Below are positions 51,112 to 63,625 of a stretch of 64,000 nt of DNA, piece after piece. The notes below the pieces were generated by a model. It saw nothing but the letters and a program-made list of their open reading frames with translations, had not been told where the DNA came from and did not search any database. The first letter of the stretch is position 1, and the number at the start of each line of letters is the position of its first letter. The stretch is from Mobula hypostoma (lineage: Eukaryota), in the NCBI RefSeq assembly GCF_963921235.1, contig NC_086097.1:191210001-191274000 (forward strand), in the 5' to 3' direction. Made by a program: the position numbers and the translations under genes.

Positions 51112-53411
51112 GCGCCTCTTCCTATAGATGCTGCTTGGCCTGCTGCGTTCACCAGCAACTTTGAAGCATCCTGGTAAATCTCCTCTGTACCCTTTCCAAT
51201 GCTTCCACATCCTTCCTTTAGTGAGGCGACCAGAACTGGACACAGTACTCCAAGTGTGGCCTAACCAGAGTTTTATAGAGCTGCATCATTACCTCACGAC
51301 TCTTAAACTCTATCCGTCAACTTATGAAAGCTAACACCACATAAGCTTTCTTAACTACCCTGTCGACCTGTGAGGCAACTTTCAGGGATTTGTGGACATG
51401 TACCCCCAGATCCCTCTGCTCCTCCACACCACCAAGTATCCTGCCATTTACTTTGTACTCTGCCTTGGAGTTTGTCCTTCCAAAGTGTACCACCTCACAC
51501 TTCTCCGGGTTGAACTCTATCTGCCACTTCTCAGCCCACTTCTGCATCCTATCAATGTCTCTCTGCAATCTTTGACAATCCTCGACACTATGTACAACAC
51601 CATCTACAACACCACCAACCTTTGTGTCATCTGCAAACTTGCCAACCCACCCTTCTACCCCCACATCCAGGTCACTAATAAAAATCACGAAAAGTAGAGG
51701 TCCCAGAACAGATCCTTGTGGGACACCACTAGTCAAAATCCTCCAATCTGAATGTACTCCCTCCACCACGACCCTCTGCCTTCTGCAGGCAAGCCAATTC
51801 TGAATCCACCTGGCCAAACTTCCCTGGATCCCATGCCTTCTGACTTTCTGAATAAGCCCACCGTGAGGAACACTGTCTAATGCCTTACTAAAATCCATAC
51901 AGACCACATCCACTGCACTACCCTCATCAATATGCCTAGTCACCTCCTCAAAGAACTCTATCATGATGTCCGATCTAATGCACAAGCAAGAATATTAATG
52001 AGTAGAATGTCCTCCTCTTTGAAAGATAGTTCAACAACCTGAAATATTGACTCACTCTTTCTAGTCCACTTGCAGGTAACAAATAACAAATCTTGAATTA
52101 TGCTTTCATCTTCAATGAAGCAAACATAACCAAAAAGCAAAGATTCATTGTCTGGCAAAGTTGACTCATCCAAATGCAGACCAAATCCTACGTGTTAAGT
52201 ATAGTGCACAATGTGTATCCACATTCACAGACACTTCATCTATTCCACTTTGAATGGAGTTGTCACTGAGAGGTCTCGTTTTAATTATTTAATCTGGTAC
52301 TTTATGCAAAACCATACTTAGAACATCCCTTACTGCTGGCGGAATCAGTTCCTCTCCAAGTGTATGAGTCTTTCCAGATTTAACAATGAGCAATGGAATG
52401 TTGTGTGAAGCACACAAACCATCACTATTTTGTTGTGAACTGCTGCCAAACATACTTACCATTTCTGAAAATTTTCACAGTGACTGAAAATAAATCAAGT
52501 TCTTGTTTGCTTTATCAGAGTATATTCTCTTTAAATGTTCAAGGAGCATTAAATGTGGTAAGACCATTTGAAAGGGCAGATTTTGAACTTTACCCTAATT
52601 CATAGGGAATGCATTTCTGTGTGATTTGAGTATGAGAGTCATACTACAGTAGTAAACAGCAATAACGCACGTACCGGGCACAGAAATAACACAATTTCTT
52701 CAATCTGAGTTTCTCAAATACAGAAGAGTCACATTGCTTTCCAACAACTATAATATGCTTCGAGCAAAGTCGAAGAGAACAGTGGGTTAGCAAAAGATGA
52801 GGTGATTATGTGATTATTGTAATCAATTATGAGGCACAGAGGATCAAATGCTTATAATAGGTAATTCATTTATTAAATTGAGCCTATAATCCCTTAGCTG
52901 CCGCCCCTCTACTGAGCACTCATTCCACAGCCCACGGCATCTTAATTGCCCCTTTAGAAACTCCCACCGCCCCGCAGCCCGGGATATCACCCACTTTGGG
53001 AACTATTGGTATAATAGATTCTCTCATTAATGGGTGCTTTTCTATATGGCGTCTTTACCACTGGGCACAATTTTTTTTTGTTTGTTTTCAATGAGGCTTT
53101 TCTGTTTCAGAATTTCATTTGGAAATAAATGCAATCCGTATCAAGGTTGTCCAAAGCTTAGTTTATCTTTTCAGCTTAATTAATATTTCTACTTCATAGA
53201 TTTCTCAGTGTAATTTCCCACCTTTAATTTGTGTGATAAGCAATTTACAAATTGAAATAGAAATTGGCCAGGGGTTCTTTTGCAGCAAATGAATGATGTA
53301 AATTTAATTAATTTGTTTTTATATCTGTATTAACTTAATAGAATAAAAATGTAGAGAATAAAAGAAGCAATGATCTTTGATATTATTTTCATGTTGTTGT
53401 GTCAATTTTAG

Positions 53412-53702
53412 CATAGAGTGGCAGTCAATAAATTGATAACAAAACAATGAGAAGCAGAGGCTTGTGTTTGAACACCATGTGGTGAGAATATTGGAAGTTG
53501 GTTGCATTTATATGGTTTCATTGGCTTTGATGGTACAAATGCAAAGAGGAGAGTGCTGGGATACAGCTCATTTAGTGTGAGTGGAGAGAAGTGATTTTCT
53601 CCGCGGAATCCCTATCGAGGGAATTTGAGCTTGCATTCTCAACAATCTTCCCTTGTACAGAAATTCATACAAAAGATAGTGTATTCAGCCCATAAATCAT
53701 GG
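53412..53702 (+). pseudogene. Candidate exon, 291 nt, three in-frame TGA
   Basis: ttgttgtgtcaattttag acceptor; TGG|GTAAAG donor; phase-0 frame joins the next exon. Confidence 0.5.
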
Positions 53703-53724
53703 GTAAAGCCCTCCTAACCACTGA

Positions 53725-56690
53725 GTAGGAAAGCAACATCCATCATCAGAGATACCCACCACCCAGGTCATGCTCTCTCCTTGCTGCTGTCATCAGGTAG
53801 GAGGGAGAGCAGCCAAATGTTTTGGTATGTATTGGTACTAATGACATAGGAAGGAAAAGCAAAGAGGTGCTGAAAAGAGAATTTAAAGAGCTAGGCAGAA
53901 AGCTGAGAAGCAGGACCTTCAGGGTAGTAATTTCTTGATTGCTGCCTGTGCCACATGCCAGTGAGGGTAGAAACAGGATGATTTGGCAGATTGATGTGTG
54001 GCTGAACTGATGGTGCAAGGAGCAGGGCTTCAGGTTCTTGGATCATTGGGATCTCTTCTGGAGGAGGTACGACCTGTTCAAAAGTGACGGATTGCACCTG
54101 AACCCTAGGGAGACCAATATTCTAAGGGTAGGTTTTTTAAAGCTGTTGGGGAAGGTTGGTCAAGGACTACATCTGCAGCATGCTACCACCTACACTACCA
54201 CACCCTACAATTTGCCTACCAACACAACCGATTGACAGATAACACAATAGCCACAAATCTACGCGTCCTTACACATCTGGAAAAGAAAGATGCGTATGTG
54301 AGAATGCTGTTCTTGGACTACAGTTCAGCCATAATTCCCTCCAGACTTGACAATAAGCTCAGAGACTTCTGCCTTCACCCTGCCTTGTGTAGCTGGATCC
54401 TGGACTTCCTGTCAGATCACTGGCAAGAGGTAAGGGTGGGCTCCCTCACCTTTGACGCTCTGACCCTCAACGCAGATGCCCCTCAGGGCTGTGTCCTAAG
54501 CCTTCTCCTTTATTCTCCGTATATCCATGACTGTGTTGCCACCTACAGCTCCAATCTGCTAATTAAATTTGCTGACGACACTACACTGACTGGCCTAATT
54601 TCAAATAATAATGAGGCAGCCTACAGAGAAGAAGTTATCACCTTGACACAGTGGTGTCAAGAAAACAACCTCTTCCTCAGTGTCATTAAAACAAAGGAGC
54701 TGGTTGTGGGCTAGAGGAGGAATGGAGATAGGCTAGCCTTTATTGACATCAATGGATCTGGGATTGAAAGGGTGAACAGCTTAAAAATTCCTCGGCATAA
54801 GTGAAAAAAACATAACTGCACCTCTTTCACCTAAGATAGTTGAAGAAGTTTGGTATGGGCCATGAAATCCTAAGAACTTTCTACAGGGGCACAATTGAGA
54901 GCATCCTGATTGGTTGCATTACTGCCTGGTATGGCAATTGTACTTCCCTTAAATGCAGGACTCTGCAGAGAGTGGTGCGGACGGCCCAGTGCATCTGTAG
55001 ATGTGAACTTCCCACTATTCAGGACATTTACCGAGACAGCTGTGTAAAAAGGGCCCGAAGGGTCATTTGGGACCAAGTCACCCCAACTACAAACTTTTCC
55101 AGCTGTTGCTATCTCGGAAATGGTACTGCAGCATAAAAGCCAGGACCAACATGCTTCGGGACAGCTTCTTCCACTAGGCCATCAGAATGATTAATTCATG
55201 ATGACACAATTGTATTTCTATGTTATATTGGTTGTCCTGTTTACATACTATCTATTATAAATTACTATAAATTGCACATTGCACATTTAGATGGAGACGT
55301 AACATGAAGGTTTTTACTCCTCGTGTAAGAAGGATGTAAGTACTAAAGTCAATTCAATTCAATTCAAGTTTGTAGATGACACGAAGATTGGTGGAGGGAC
55401 AGGTTGTGTTGAGGAAACAGGAAGGCTACAGAAGAACTAAGACTGATTAGGAGAATGGGCAAGAAAGTAGCAAATGAATTACAATGTTGGAAAGTGCATG
55501 GTTATGCACTTTGCTAGAAGAAATAAATGCGCAGACTATTTCCTAAAAGGGGAAAAAAATCCAAAAATCTGAGATGCAAAGGGACTTGGGAGTCCTTGTG
55601 TGAACAACCCAACAACCTAAAGGTTAACTTGCAGGTAGAGTCAGTGGTGAAGAAGGCAAATGCAATGTTAGCATTCATTTCAAGAGGTCTAAAATATAAG
55701 ATCAGGGATGTGATGCTGAGGCTTTATAAGGCACTGGTGAGGACTTACCTTCAGTTTTGGGCTCCTTATCTTAAAAAGGATATGCTGGCATTGGAGAGGG
55801 TTCAGAGGAGGTTTACAAGGGTGATTCCTGGAATGAAAGAGTTATAGTACAAGGAATGTTGGGTGGCTCTCGGTCTGTTATCACTGGAATTTAGAAGAAT
55901 AAGGGGGGATTTCATTGAAACCTTTTAAATGTTGAAAGGCCTATTCATGGTAGAAAGGATGTTTCCCATGGTGGGGGAGTCTAGGACAAGAGGGTACAGC
56001 CTCAAGACAAAGGGGCATCCATTTAAAACAGAGATGTGGAGAAATTTCTTCAGCCAGAGGGTAGCGAACTTGTGGAATTCATTGCCACATGCAGCTGTGG
56101 AGGCCAGGTCATTGGGTGTATTTAAGACAGAGCTTGATAGGTTCTTGATTGAACAAGGTATCCAAGGTTACAGGGAGAAGGCCAGGGAGTGGAGCTGAGG
56201 AGGGAAAATAAAAGCCATGATTGAATGGTGGAGCAGTCTCAATGGGCCAAATGGCCTAATTCTACTCCTATGACTTATGGTCTTACAATGGCCTCAGGAC
56301 TTGTACCATCAGGTTCAAGAACAGTTACTACTCCTCAACCCTCGGGCTCTTGAATAAAAGGGAATAACTACACTCATTTGCCCATCATTGAAATATTCCT
56401 ATAACCAATTATCTCACTTTCAGGACTTTTCGTCTCATTATCTCATGTTCTCATTATTTATAGTCACTTCTCACACCACCTTCCCATGCAAATGCAGTGG
56501 ATACAGTTTTTTTTACTTGTATTTTCATTTGCACAGTTTGTTGGCTTCTGCACTCTGGTTGATCTTTCATTGATCCTGTTATACTTACTATTCTATAAAT
56601 TTGCTGGGGTATACCCACAGGGTATTAATCTTGTGGTTGTACGTGGTGACATATATGTACTTTGATAATAAAGTTTACTTTGAACTTTGA
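53725..56690 (+). mobile_element. Rex1-like 3' end (53725-53800 plus 56290-56690) hosting CR1 pieces (53800-54155 ORF1; 55366-56285 3' ORF2)
   Basis: The halves match the contiguous repeat at 13025-13447; CR1 motifs IGTNDIG, LRLYKALVR. Confidence 0.75.
54156..55365 (+). mobile_element. Rex1/Babar-clade LINE RT and 3' end with (TTCAA)n tail
   Basis: YVRMLFLDYSSA, PQGCVLS, IKFADDTT, KTKELVV, FYRGTIESIL. Confidence 0.88.
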
Positions 56691-56859
56691 ATTAAGCATT
56701 CACCATTCAGAGTCATAGAACGACAGATTGACACAGCACTGAAATCAGCCCTTCGGCCCGGGTGACTAAGGTGCCAATCTACTTCATCGTGGCCTTGCAT
56801 GTTATTTGTTCACCAGCACTACACTTCCTTTGTAGCTGCTACACTTTAGATATATATGT

Positions 56860-57270
56860 ATTAAATTCATTGTTAACTTCTGAGGGTTGTAATGTGCCTA
56901 GCTGGAAGATGAAATGCTGCTCCTCATGCTTACATCAAACCTCACTGGAAAAGTGTGGGAGGCCAAACACAGAGTAAGAGTGGGAGAATAAATTGATCTC
57001 AGGTAAATGAAAGCTGAAGATTGTTATTACAGATTGAACAGAGGCATTGTGCAAAGTGGTAAACCAATCTGCCTTTATTTTTCTCAGCAGCACAAAACCT
57101 CAGTGGAAAAACCACAGAAAATAATATACTAAATTGGAAGAAATGTGCAAATCACTGCTTCATCAGGTAAGGCTATCTGGGTCATCTGATGGTGGGAAGG
57201 GAGGAGGAACATAGGCAGGAGCTGTATCCGCTGCATTTACATGGGAAGGTGGTTTGAGAAGTGACTATGG
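56860..57270 (-). mobile_element. Ancient Penelope ORF 3' remnant
   Basis: Reverse strand reads KHEEQHFIFQLGTLQP, homologous to the peptide end at 30960-31010. Confidence 0.7.
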
Positions 57271-57589
57271 CATTGCTAGAATATCAGAAATAACAAAACA
57301 CAAGGAAACTTCTCCTCATGCAAAACCTACTCCAGAAATCTTACAGTTCTGAAAAAAAAAGTGTACGTAATTGAAACCGATCTTACAATTGTCAATTACT
57401 CTTCATATGAGTGTGATAGCTAAACTTTAGGTTGAAAACTAAACCTTAGGTGATAAAAATGCTTCTCTCCCAGATAAGTTCCATGTCTCCTATGCTTGCT
57501 TTGACCATCAAAACATGGAGGCAACTTCACAAACTTCCGCAGCTTCTGATACCCCTGCTACTTCAGTCTCTGATGGTAACATGAGAGCA

Positions 57590-58600
57590 TCCTTCAGGAG
57601 TATGATTGCACGGAAAGCACCAGGCCCAGATGTGCTGAACAACTGAGTGATCACCAACATCTTTAACTCTTGCTTTTGTAGTCTGTTGTAGCCTGCCTCA
57701 ATGCTTGTCATCCAGTAGTAATCACTGTACATCCACTTTGAGAGGTTGCTGATACCATATCAATTCCTGCCTGAGAAGCGATTTGTATCCACTCTAATTT
57801 TCCTACCAGCGCAACAGGCCAACAGCAGATTCCACTTCATTGGCTTTTCACTCAACCCTGGAACATTTCAACAATGAAGATCCTTGCATTAGCATGCTCT
57901 TTATCGAATACAGCTTGGCATTCAATACTATCATCCTCTCAAAACTAGTAAATAAGCTTCAAGACCTTGGCCTCAATACCTCCTTCTGCAATTGGATACT
58001 CAAATTTCCTTATGTGCAGGTCCCAGTCAGTTCGGATTGGCAAAAACATCAACTCCGCAATCTTCATCAGCTTAGGTGCATCACAACATGGTTAGGCCCC
58101 TGCTGTACTTGCTTTATACTTAAGATTGTGAAGCTAAGCTAGAAGGCAGCATCCAGGACCCCCACCAGGATCATCAAGGACCTCCGTCACCCAGACCATG
58201 CTCTTTTTTCACTGTTGCACTCAAGGAGGTGGTACAGGAGCCTCAGGACCCACACCACCAGGTTCAGGAACAGTTATAACTCCGCAACCATCAGGCTCTT
58301 GAACCAGAGGGGATAACTTCAGTCAACTTCACTTACTCATTACTGAAATGGTCGCACAACCTATGGACTCAATTCCAAGGACTCTTCATCTCATATTCAT
58401 TGATTATTTATTTACCTTTTTTTTATTTGTATTTGCACTGTTTGTTGGCTTTTGCACATTGGTCGTTTGTCCGTCCTGGTAGGTGCTGCCTTTCATTGAT
58501 TCTTTCTCTTTGATTTACTGTGTATGCCCACAAGAGAACAAAACTCATGGTTGTATATGGTGACATATATACTTCAATAATAAATTTACTTTGAACTTTG
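57590..58600 (+). mobile_element. Degenerate, internally deleted Rex1/Babar LINE
   Basis: SMLFIEYSLAFNTII, LCNWIL-like motif; TTTACTTTGAACTTTG tail. Confidence 0.8.
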
Positions 58601-58615
58601 AAAGCTGTCCTGCAG

Positions 58616-58760
58616 CTTATATTGCCGAATCAGGAACAACGCATTGCTGTTTTCAAGATTGTAAAATCTTTGAAACAGTTATTGCACGAGTCAAGGTTTC
58701 CTTATGCATTTTTTATTCCTTCCTGAGATTCCAGTTATGTTCAGCTGTTTTTTCCTGATG
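58616..58760 (+). pseudogene. Candidate exon, 145 nt, phase 0-1, one TGA
   Basis: ctgtcctgcag acceptor; consensus donor GATG|GTAAGT; LILPNQEQRIAVFKIVKSLKQLLHESRFPYAFFIPS*DSSYVQLFFPD. Confidence 0.55.
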
Positions 58761-59254
58761 GTAAGTTCATTGTATTTTCAAAAGCTGAGCCTAAAACTCA
58801 GTATGTGTCATCCACTGATCCCGAAGATAATTGTGGAATAGATGATTTTTCAATATTCAATATGATGTATAGAGAAATCCATCTTATACCTGTTGTGAAA
58901 ATTTTTCAAGCTATTCTGAGCAAGTTTGGAATACATGGATTATTACACTCATACCATTTCTGGAGAATAGCAACTTGACCCAACAATAGTTATTTCTGCA
59001 TTCCACTCTTGCTGTACATACAGTACTTTCATTTGCCTGGCTCTGAAGTAAACAGTGCTAGACTGGTAAACATTATTAATGGATATCTCTCGCCCTCTCT
59101 TATTGAAAGCCAATCATTAGAGAGTCAGTGTTTAACAATGACTCTGAGGGGTGTCTTGTCTCCGTGTATGATGTCATCTTACCAACAATCATCAAAAGAT
59201 TATCACAAAAATTGTTGAATTGTTAATTTCTTGCTGCGGATGTTCTAATATTAG

Positions 59255-59357
59255 CACCAGGTTTGTGGAACGTTAAATTTGTGAGAACAAGTGCAGACTT
59301 GTGTAAAGCAGAGTGTGCTGGAGGAAGGTGCAGAATCATGTCACTGCAATGCAAATG
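59255..59357 (+). pseudogene. Candidate Cys-rich exon, phase 1-2 (alternative acceptor 59261)
   Basis: Open PGLWNVKFVRTSADLCKAECAGGRCRIMSLQCK; AATG|GTATGT donor; in frame with the previous exon. Confidence 0.5.
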
Positions 59358-61559
59358 GTATGTGAGGCTGTCAAACCTCTTTAAAGAAAATGAAGGCATT
59401 TGTTATCTTTGGTATAAACGAGGGGACAACATGACAAAATAAAATCAATTTTGCTCACATATAAGGTGGAATGGAAATACGATACAAGTTGCATTTTTCT
59501 TTCAAGAGGGTAAGAAATAGCACAAAAGACAAAGTTTTTGAATGCTGATAAAGTTCATATTTGAATAACTAAATTATCAGATGAGTTTTTTTTTTGGAGC
59601 AATGTTCTGGTTCTGGTTGTGGTGGAAAAAGAATGGAAAGGAATTAATGGAAAGGAACTGTACATACCATACCAACCTCATTCCACAACCATGGCAATTA
59701 TGGATAACTCATCTGCCATTGCATATTTTTGGGTACTTCCCAAAAAAAATCTGATTTTGCATCTATTTTAACAGTGAGAATGATGCTGAACTGTCTGAAC
59801 CAATAAATGATTATGACACTAAAAGTGAAGCTACTGAAGTTAATATAGAATTAGTGCAGGCAAGGATCATTAAAATTTATTCATGTGGCTGATCATGGTG
59901 GGGTTCATTCTGGAGTGTTAAAAGTAGGAAGACTGTGTTGCGCCACCCATTGGATGACGTTTTTAGCAGTTCTCTGCATTCTGGAATTGCTTCCATGAAC
60001 TGGAAGAAAACCCAGATGGTGTACATATTTTAAAAGAGGGCTCTATACAGCTTGCAAATTATATGTCAACTAGCTGTTGATTTCCAAAACAAAACATTCC
60101 ACTATGTGTCCCTTAGACATCTGTTAAATAAGGTTGCTACCTATGAAATGTCAGTCAGAATTAAAATTCCATTGGAACTTGGCACCTGCTCACTATCCCA
60201 TCACAGCTGCTTCTGTGATCTTCCCCTACACTATGTCTTTGTTCATTTCTAACCTATGACCAGTCTGGGTTAGAACAATTTCCAGGAAGAGGAGACTCTG
60301 TCATACCTTGGGGTCTGCCTGTTATCTCTTCTTCCTCCAAATAGGGATATTTTCTACAACCTTTCTGAGGCAACAAGTTACTGATAACATCAGTGATGAT
60401 GTATCCCTGGGCCCCCAGGATATTTTGCTCCTCTAGTTCTCTCCTTCACAAACCAGCTTCATTTACCACCACCCCTGGCCTCTGCAAAAAGTATGACATT
60501 GATCGTACTGTTGGACTCCTCATCTAAATGTGTCTTTCTTGTTTGCTCAGGCTCAGAAAATCATCTCCAAAATATCTTAGGAGGTTCTTTTTTATCATAC
60601 AAAGTGTGCAACTTGTTGTTGCTGTTGTCAGTCCAAATTATGCTGAGTAATACATTATTACCGCCTAGATGAAGAATATGCTGGGACCTGCACTTTGTAA
60701 CTGGAAAATGTCACACGGCTATCTACTGTGTATATCTCCTTAACATTGTTAGTATCAAAAAGTTGAAAAAGTCAGCAAAAGTAAGTCAACAAACAGGAGT
60801 TTTACATAATACTCTGCAAAAGCATAAAGCACACCATGGAGAAATTGTTCAGTTACAGCAGAGTTGGTTAGCAAGGAGTATATCAAAGTAGTCATTGTGT
60901 ATACAACCTTTGAGATTTACCTCCCATTAACTGAAGGACAAAGGAAATTGCTGAGTGTGTATCAGGGCCCAGCAACAGCACCCAGCTTGTTCCCCTTGTA
61001 GACTTCTTTATTGCCCCAGTGGTGGATCTGAAGAAGCTATCAAAGCAAGTAAAACTAGCATGTGTTTTCAGCGCTGCTAGAGTTTAATGATGTGGCACCT
61101 TTAGCTGACCTTCATTCAGCTAAGGATTAGACAGTTGCTGCAAACAGTCAGACATTCCACAAGTCTGCTCTTCCAGTTTTCCTGTTGAATTTGCTCCAAT
61201 TAGTGATGGAAACTTAATGAAGTCACCTTCAGGTTTCAACTGTACTGTCAGCAGTTGTTGTTTGCCTCAAAACAGATGTACAAACAATACTGTTGCTTCA
61301 GGTTAGTGGCGAGACAGATGCACTCTCAGTTTATATTTGCCTACAAACGTTACTCCCTCTAATTTTCTGCAATTGCACCTTACCTGCTGAGCACTCATTT
61401 TCCTCAGTCACATTCATGATCGTTATGTCTTAGTTTAACAGAGAAATGGATTCAGCAACATCATCTTCTTTCTACAACCAACTTGTCAACAGTGACCATA
61501 AAGAGATGGGAACAAGATTCCATTAAATGGAACCTCCCAGAGATTGGTTCCCTGGCTAG

Positions 61560-63625
61560 TTTTTGTTACACTTTAAAAGAATTTTTGCTACTCTCCAATC
61601 CTTCAGAACCTCACCTGTGACAAGAGATAATGCAATAATATCTGCAAGGTCCTCCATAATTTCCTCTCTAGCCTTCCACCAGGTCAGATTCTGGAGATTT
61701 ATCCACCAAACTGCACTTTAGGACCTCCAAAACCTCTCTCTTCTAATATGTATGTGTTCCAAGACATCACCACTCATTTTCCCCATTTCCTTAGCTTCCA
61801 TGATGTTCCCCACTGTGAAAACTGAAGAGAAATATTCATTAAAAACATTACCCATTTCAATTTCAAACATCCACGCTGATCTTTAATTCCCACCCCCCAC
61901 CCTCCAGCCATCCATTTACTCTTAATACTTTCATTCATAAAATAGGAGCAGAATCAGGCTATTTGTCCCATCAAGTCTGCCCCGCCATTCCAATATAGCT
62001 GATTTATTAGCACTCCTAACCCTATTCTCCTGCCTTCTCCCAGTAATCGTTGATGCCCTCTTTAATCAAGAACGTATCAATCTCCACCTTAAATATACCC
62101 AGTGATCTGGTCTGCACAGCTGTCCGTGGCAACAAATTTCACAGATTTATCACACTTTAGTTAAAGAAAGTTTTCTCAACTCTGTTCTAAATAGATATCC
62201 ATCTACTCTCAGGCAGTGCCCTCTGGTCCTAGACACCCTGACTCTAAGAAACATCATCTCCACATCCACTCTATTTGGCCTTTCCGTATTTGATACCTTG
62301 CAAGGTGATCCCCCTTCATTTTTCTGAACTCCAGCAAGTACAGACCCAGCACAATCAAATGCTCCTCATATGCTAACCCTTTCATTTCTGGAATCATTCT
62401 CATGAACCTTCTTGGACCCTTTCTACTGTGAGCACATCTTTTCTGAGACAAGGGGCTCAAAACTGCTCACAATACTCCCAAGTGCAGTCTGACCAATGCC
62501 TTATAAAACTTAACATTACATCATTGCTTTTGTATTCTGGTTCTTTCGAAATGATTGATAACATTGTTTTTTCCTTCCTTAACACCAACTCAACCTGCAA
62601 GTTAACCTTCAGAGAATCCTGCACGAGGTCTCCCAAGTACCTTTATAAATCTGATTTTTGAATTTTTAAGAGAAAATAGAGTCTGCCTTTATAACTTCTT
62701 ACAAAAGTGCATGACCATGCACTTCCCTATATTGTATTCCATCGGCCTCTTCATCCATTCTCCCAGCCTAAGTCCTTCTGCAGACATCCTGCTTCCTCAA
62801 CACTACCTGCCCCTCCACCTATCTTCATCCACAAGCTTGGCCACAACATCATCAATTCCTTCATTCTAATCATTGGTATATGAAGCGCACCTTCAATAAC
62901 TCCAAAAGACTGAAGTTGGGTTAAATAATAAAGGGCTTTTATTCGCTGTACAATACGACCTCCATGGTGAGTGTCTGCCCCCGGACTGAGGGTGAGGGGC
63001 AAGGCGAAATCACCTTTATTCATGAATCTGTGGAAGGAGCCACAGGGGCAGTCAGCAGAGGGGTGTGTCCAGACAGTTAACCCAGTTACAATATATATAT
63101 GGTTTACCACAGTATATAATGTGAAAAGAAGTCCTAAAACCAACTCCTGCAGTACACCGCTAATCACTGGCAACCAATGAGAAAAGGCCACCTTTTGTCT
63201 GCTGCCAGTTAGCCTATCTTCTACTCATGGTTGTACCTTTCTTGTAATACTATGGACCCTAGTCTTGCTAGGCAGCCTCAAGTGTGGCACCTTATCAAAG
63301 GGCTTCTGAAGAACAAAGTAAACAACATCCACTGACTCTCCCTTGTCTACTCTGCCTGTTATTTCCTCAAAGAATTTAAACAGATTTGTCAGGCAACGTT
63401 TCCACTTAAGGAAACCATGCTGATTTTGTCCTACTTTATCAAGTGCTTCCAAGTAACCAAAACTTCATCCATAATAATAGACTCCAACATCTTTCCAACT
63501 ACTGGTCCAGCTAAAAAGGTTATAATTTCTTTCTTTTACCTTCCTCCCTTCTTAAAGAATAGAGAGACATTTGCAATTATCCAGTTCTCCGGAACCATTC
63601 CAGAATCTAGGTTCTTCAAATATAT
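61560..63625 (-). mobile_element. Degenerate CR1 fragments (61560-61930 old; 61935-63625 RT to tail)
   Basis: QHGFLK, CLTNLFKFFEE, KPFDKVPH, RRFMRMIP. Confidence 0.85.
62881..63111 (-). mobile_element. Solo LTR, 231 bp, inserted in CR1
   Basis: TG...CA termini; 5-bp TSD GTATA at 62876-62880 and 63112-63116; AATAAA on minus strand. Confidence 0.85.

Larger units (their letters stand above)
50505..51164. mobile_element. Penelope inverted pLTR pair (palindrome) inside CR1
   Basis: TSD AGCATCCTGGTAAA at 50491-50504 and 51165-51178; arms switch near 50838. Confidence 0.92.
50063..51962 (-). mobile_element. Young 5'-truncated CR1 inside the Buster transposase
   Basis: 222-aa RT ORF 51317-51985; apparent TSD ATGAT at 50058-50062 and 51963-51967. 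Confidence 0.92.
48776..53008 (-). mobile_element. hAT Buster/Charlie-type DNA transposon, both ends present, transposase pseudogenised
   Basis: TIRs TAGTGCTTCCTAAA and (reverse strand) CAATAGTTCCCAAA; 8-bp TSD GTATAATA at 48768-48775 and 53009-53016; motifs GEELIPPA, PLSDNS, DEST, HCVIHR, EVR*LSKG, FPTYLVER, LRLLSDIQ. Confidence 0.93.

Noticed and set aside
53412..58760. Four in-frame TGA codons as selenocysteine
   Set aside because: No SECIS seen; CpG decay is simpler
60660..61050. Small AG/GT-bounded blocks after the 59357 donor
   Set aside because: Short and not demonstrably phase-compatible; indistinguishable from chance
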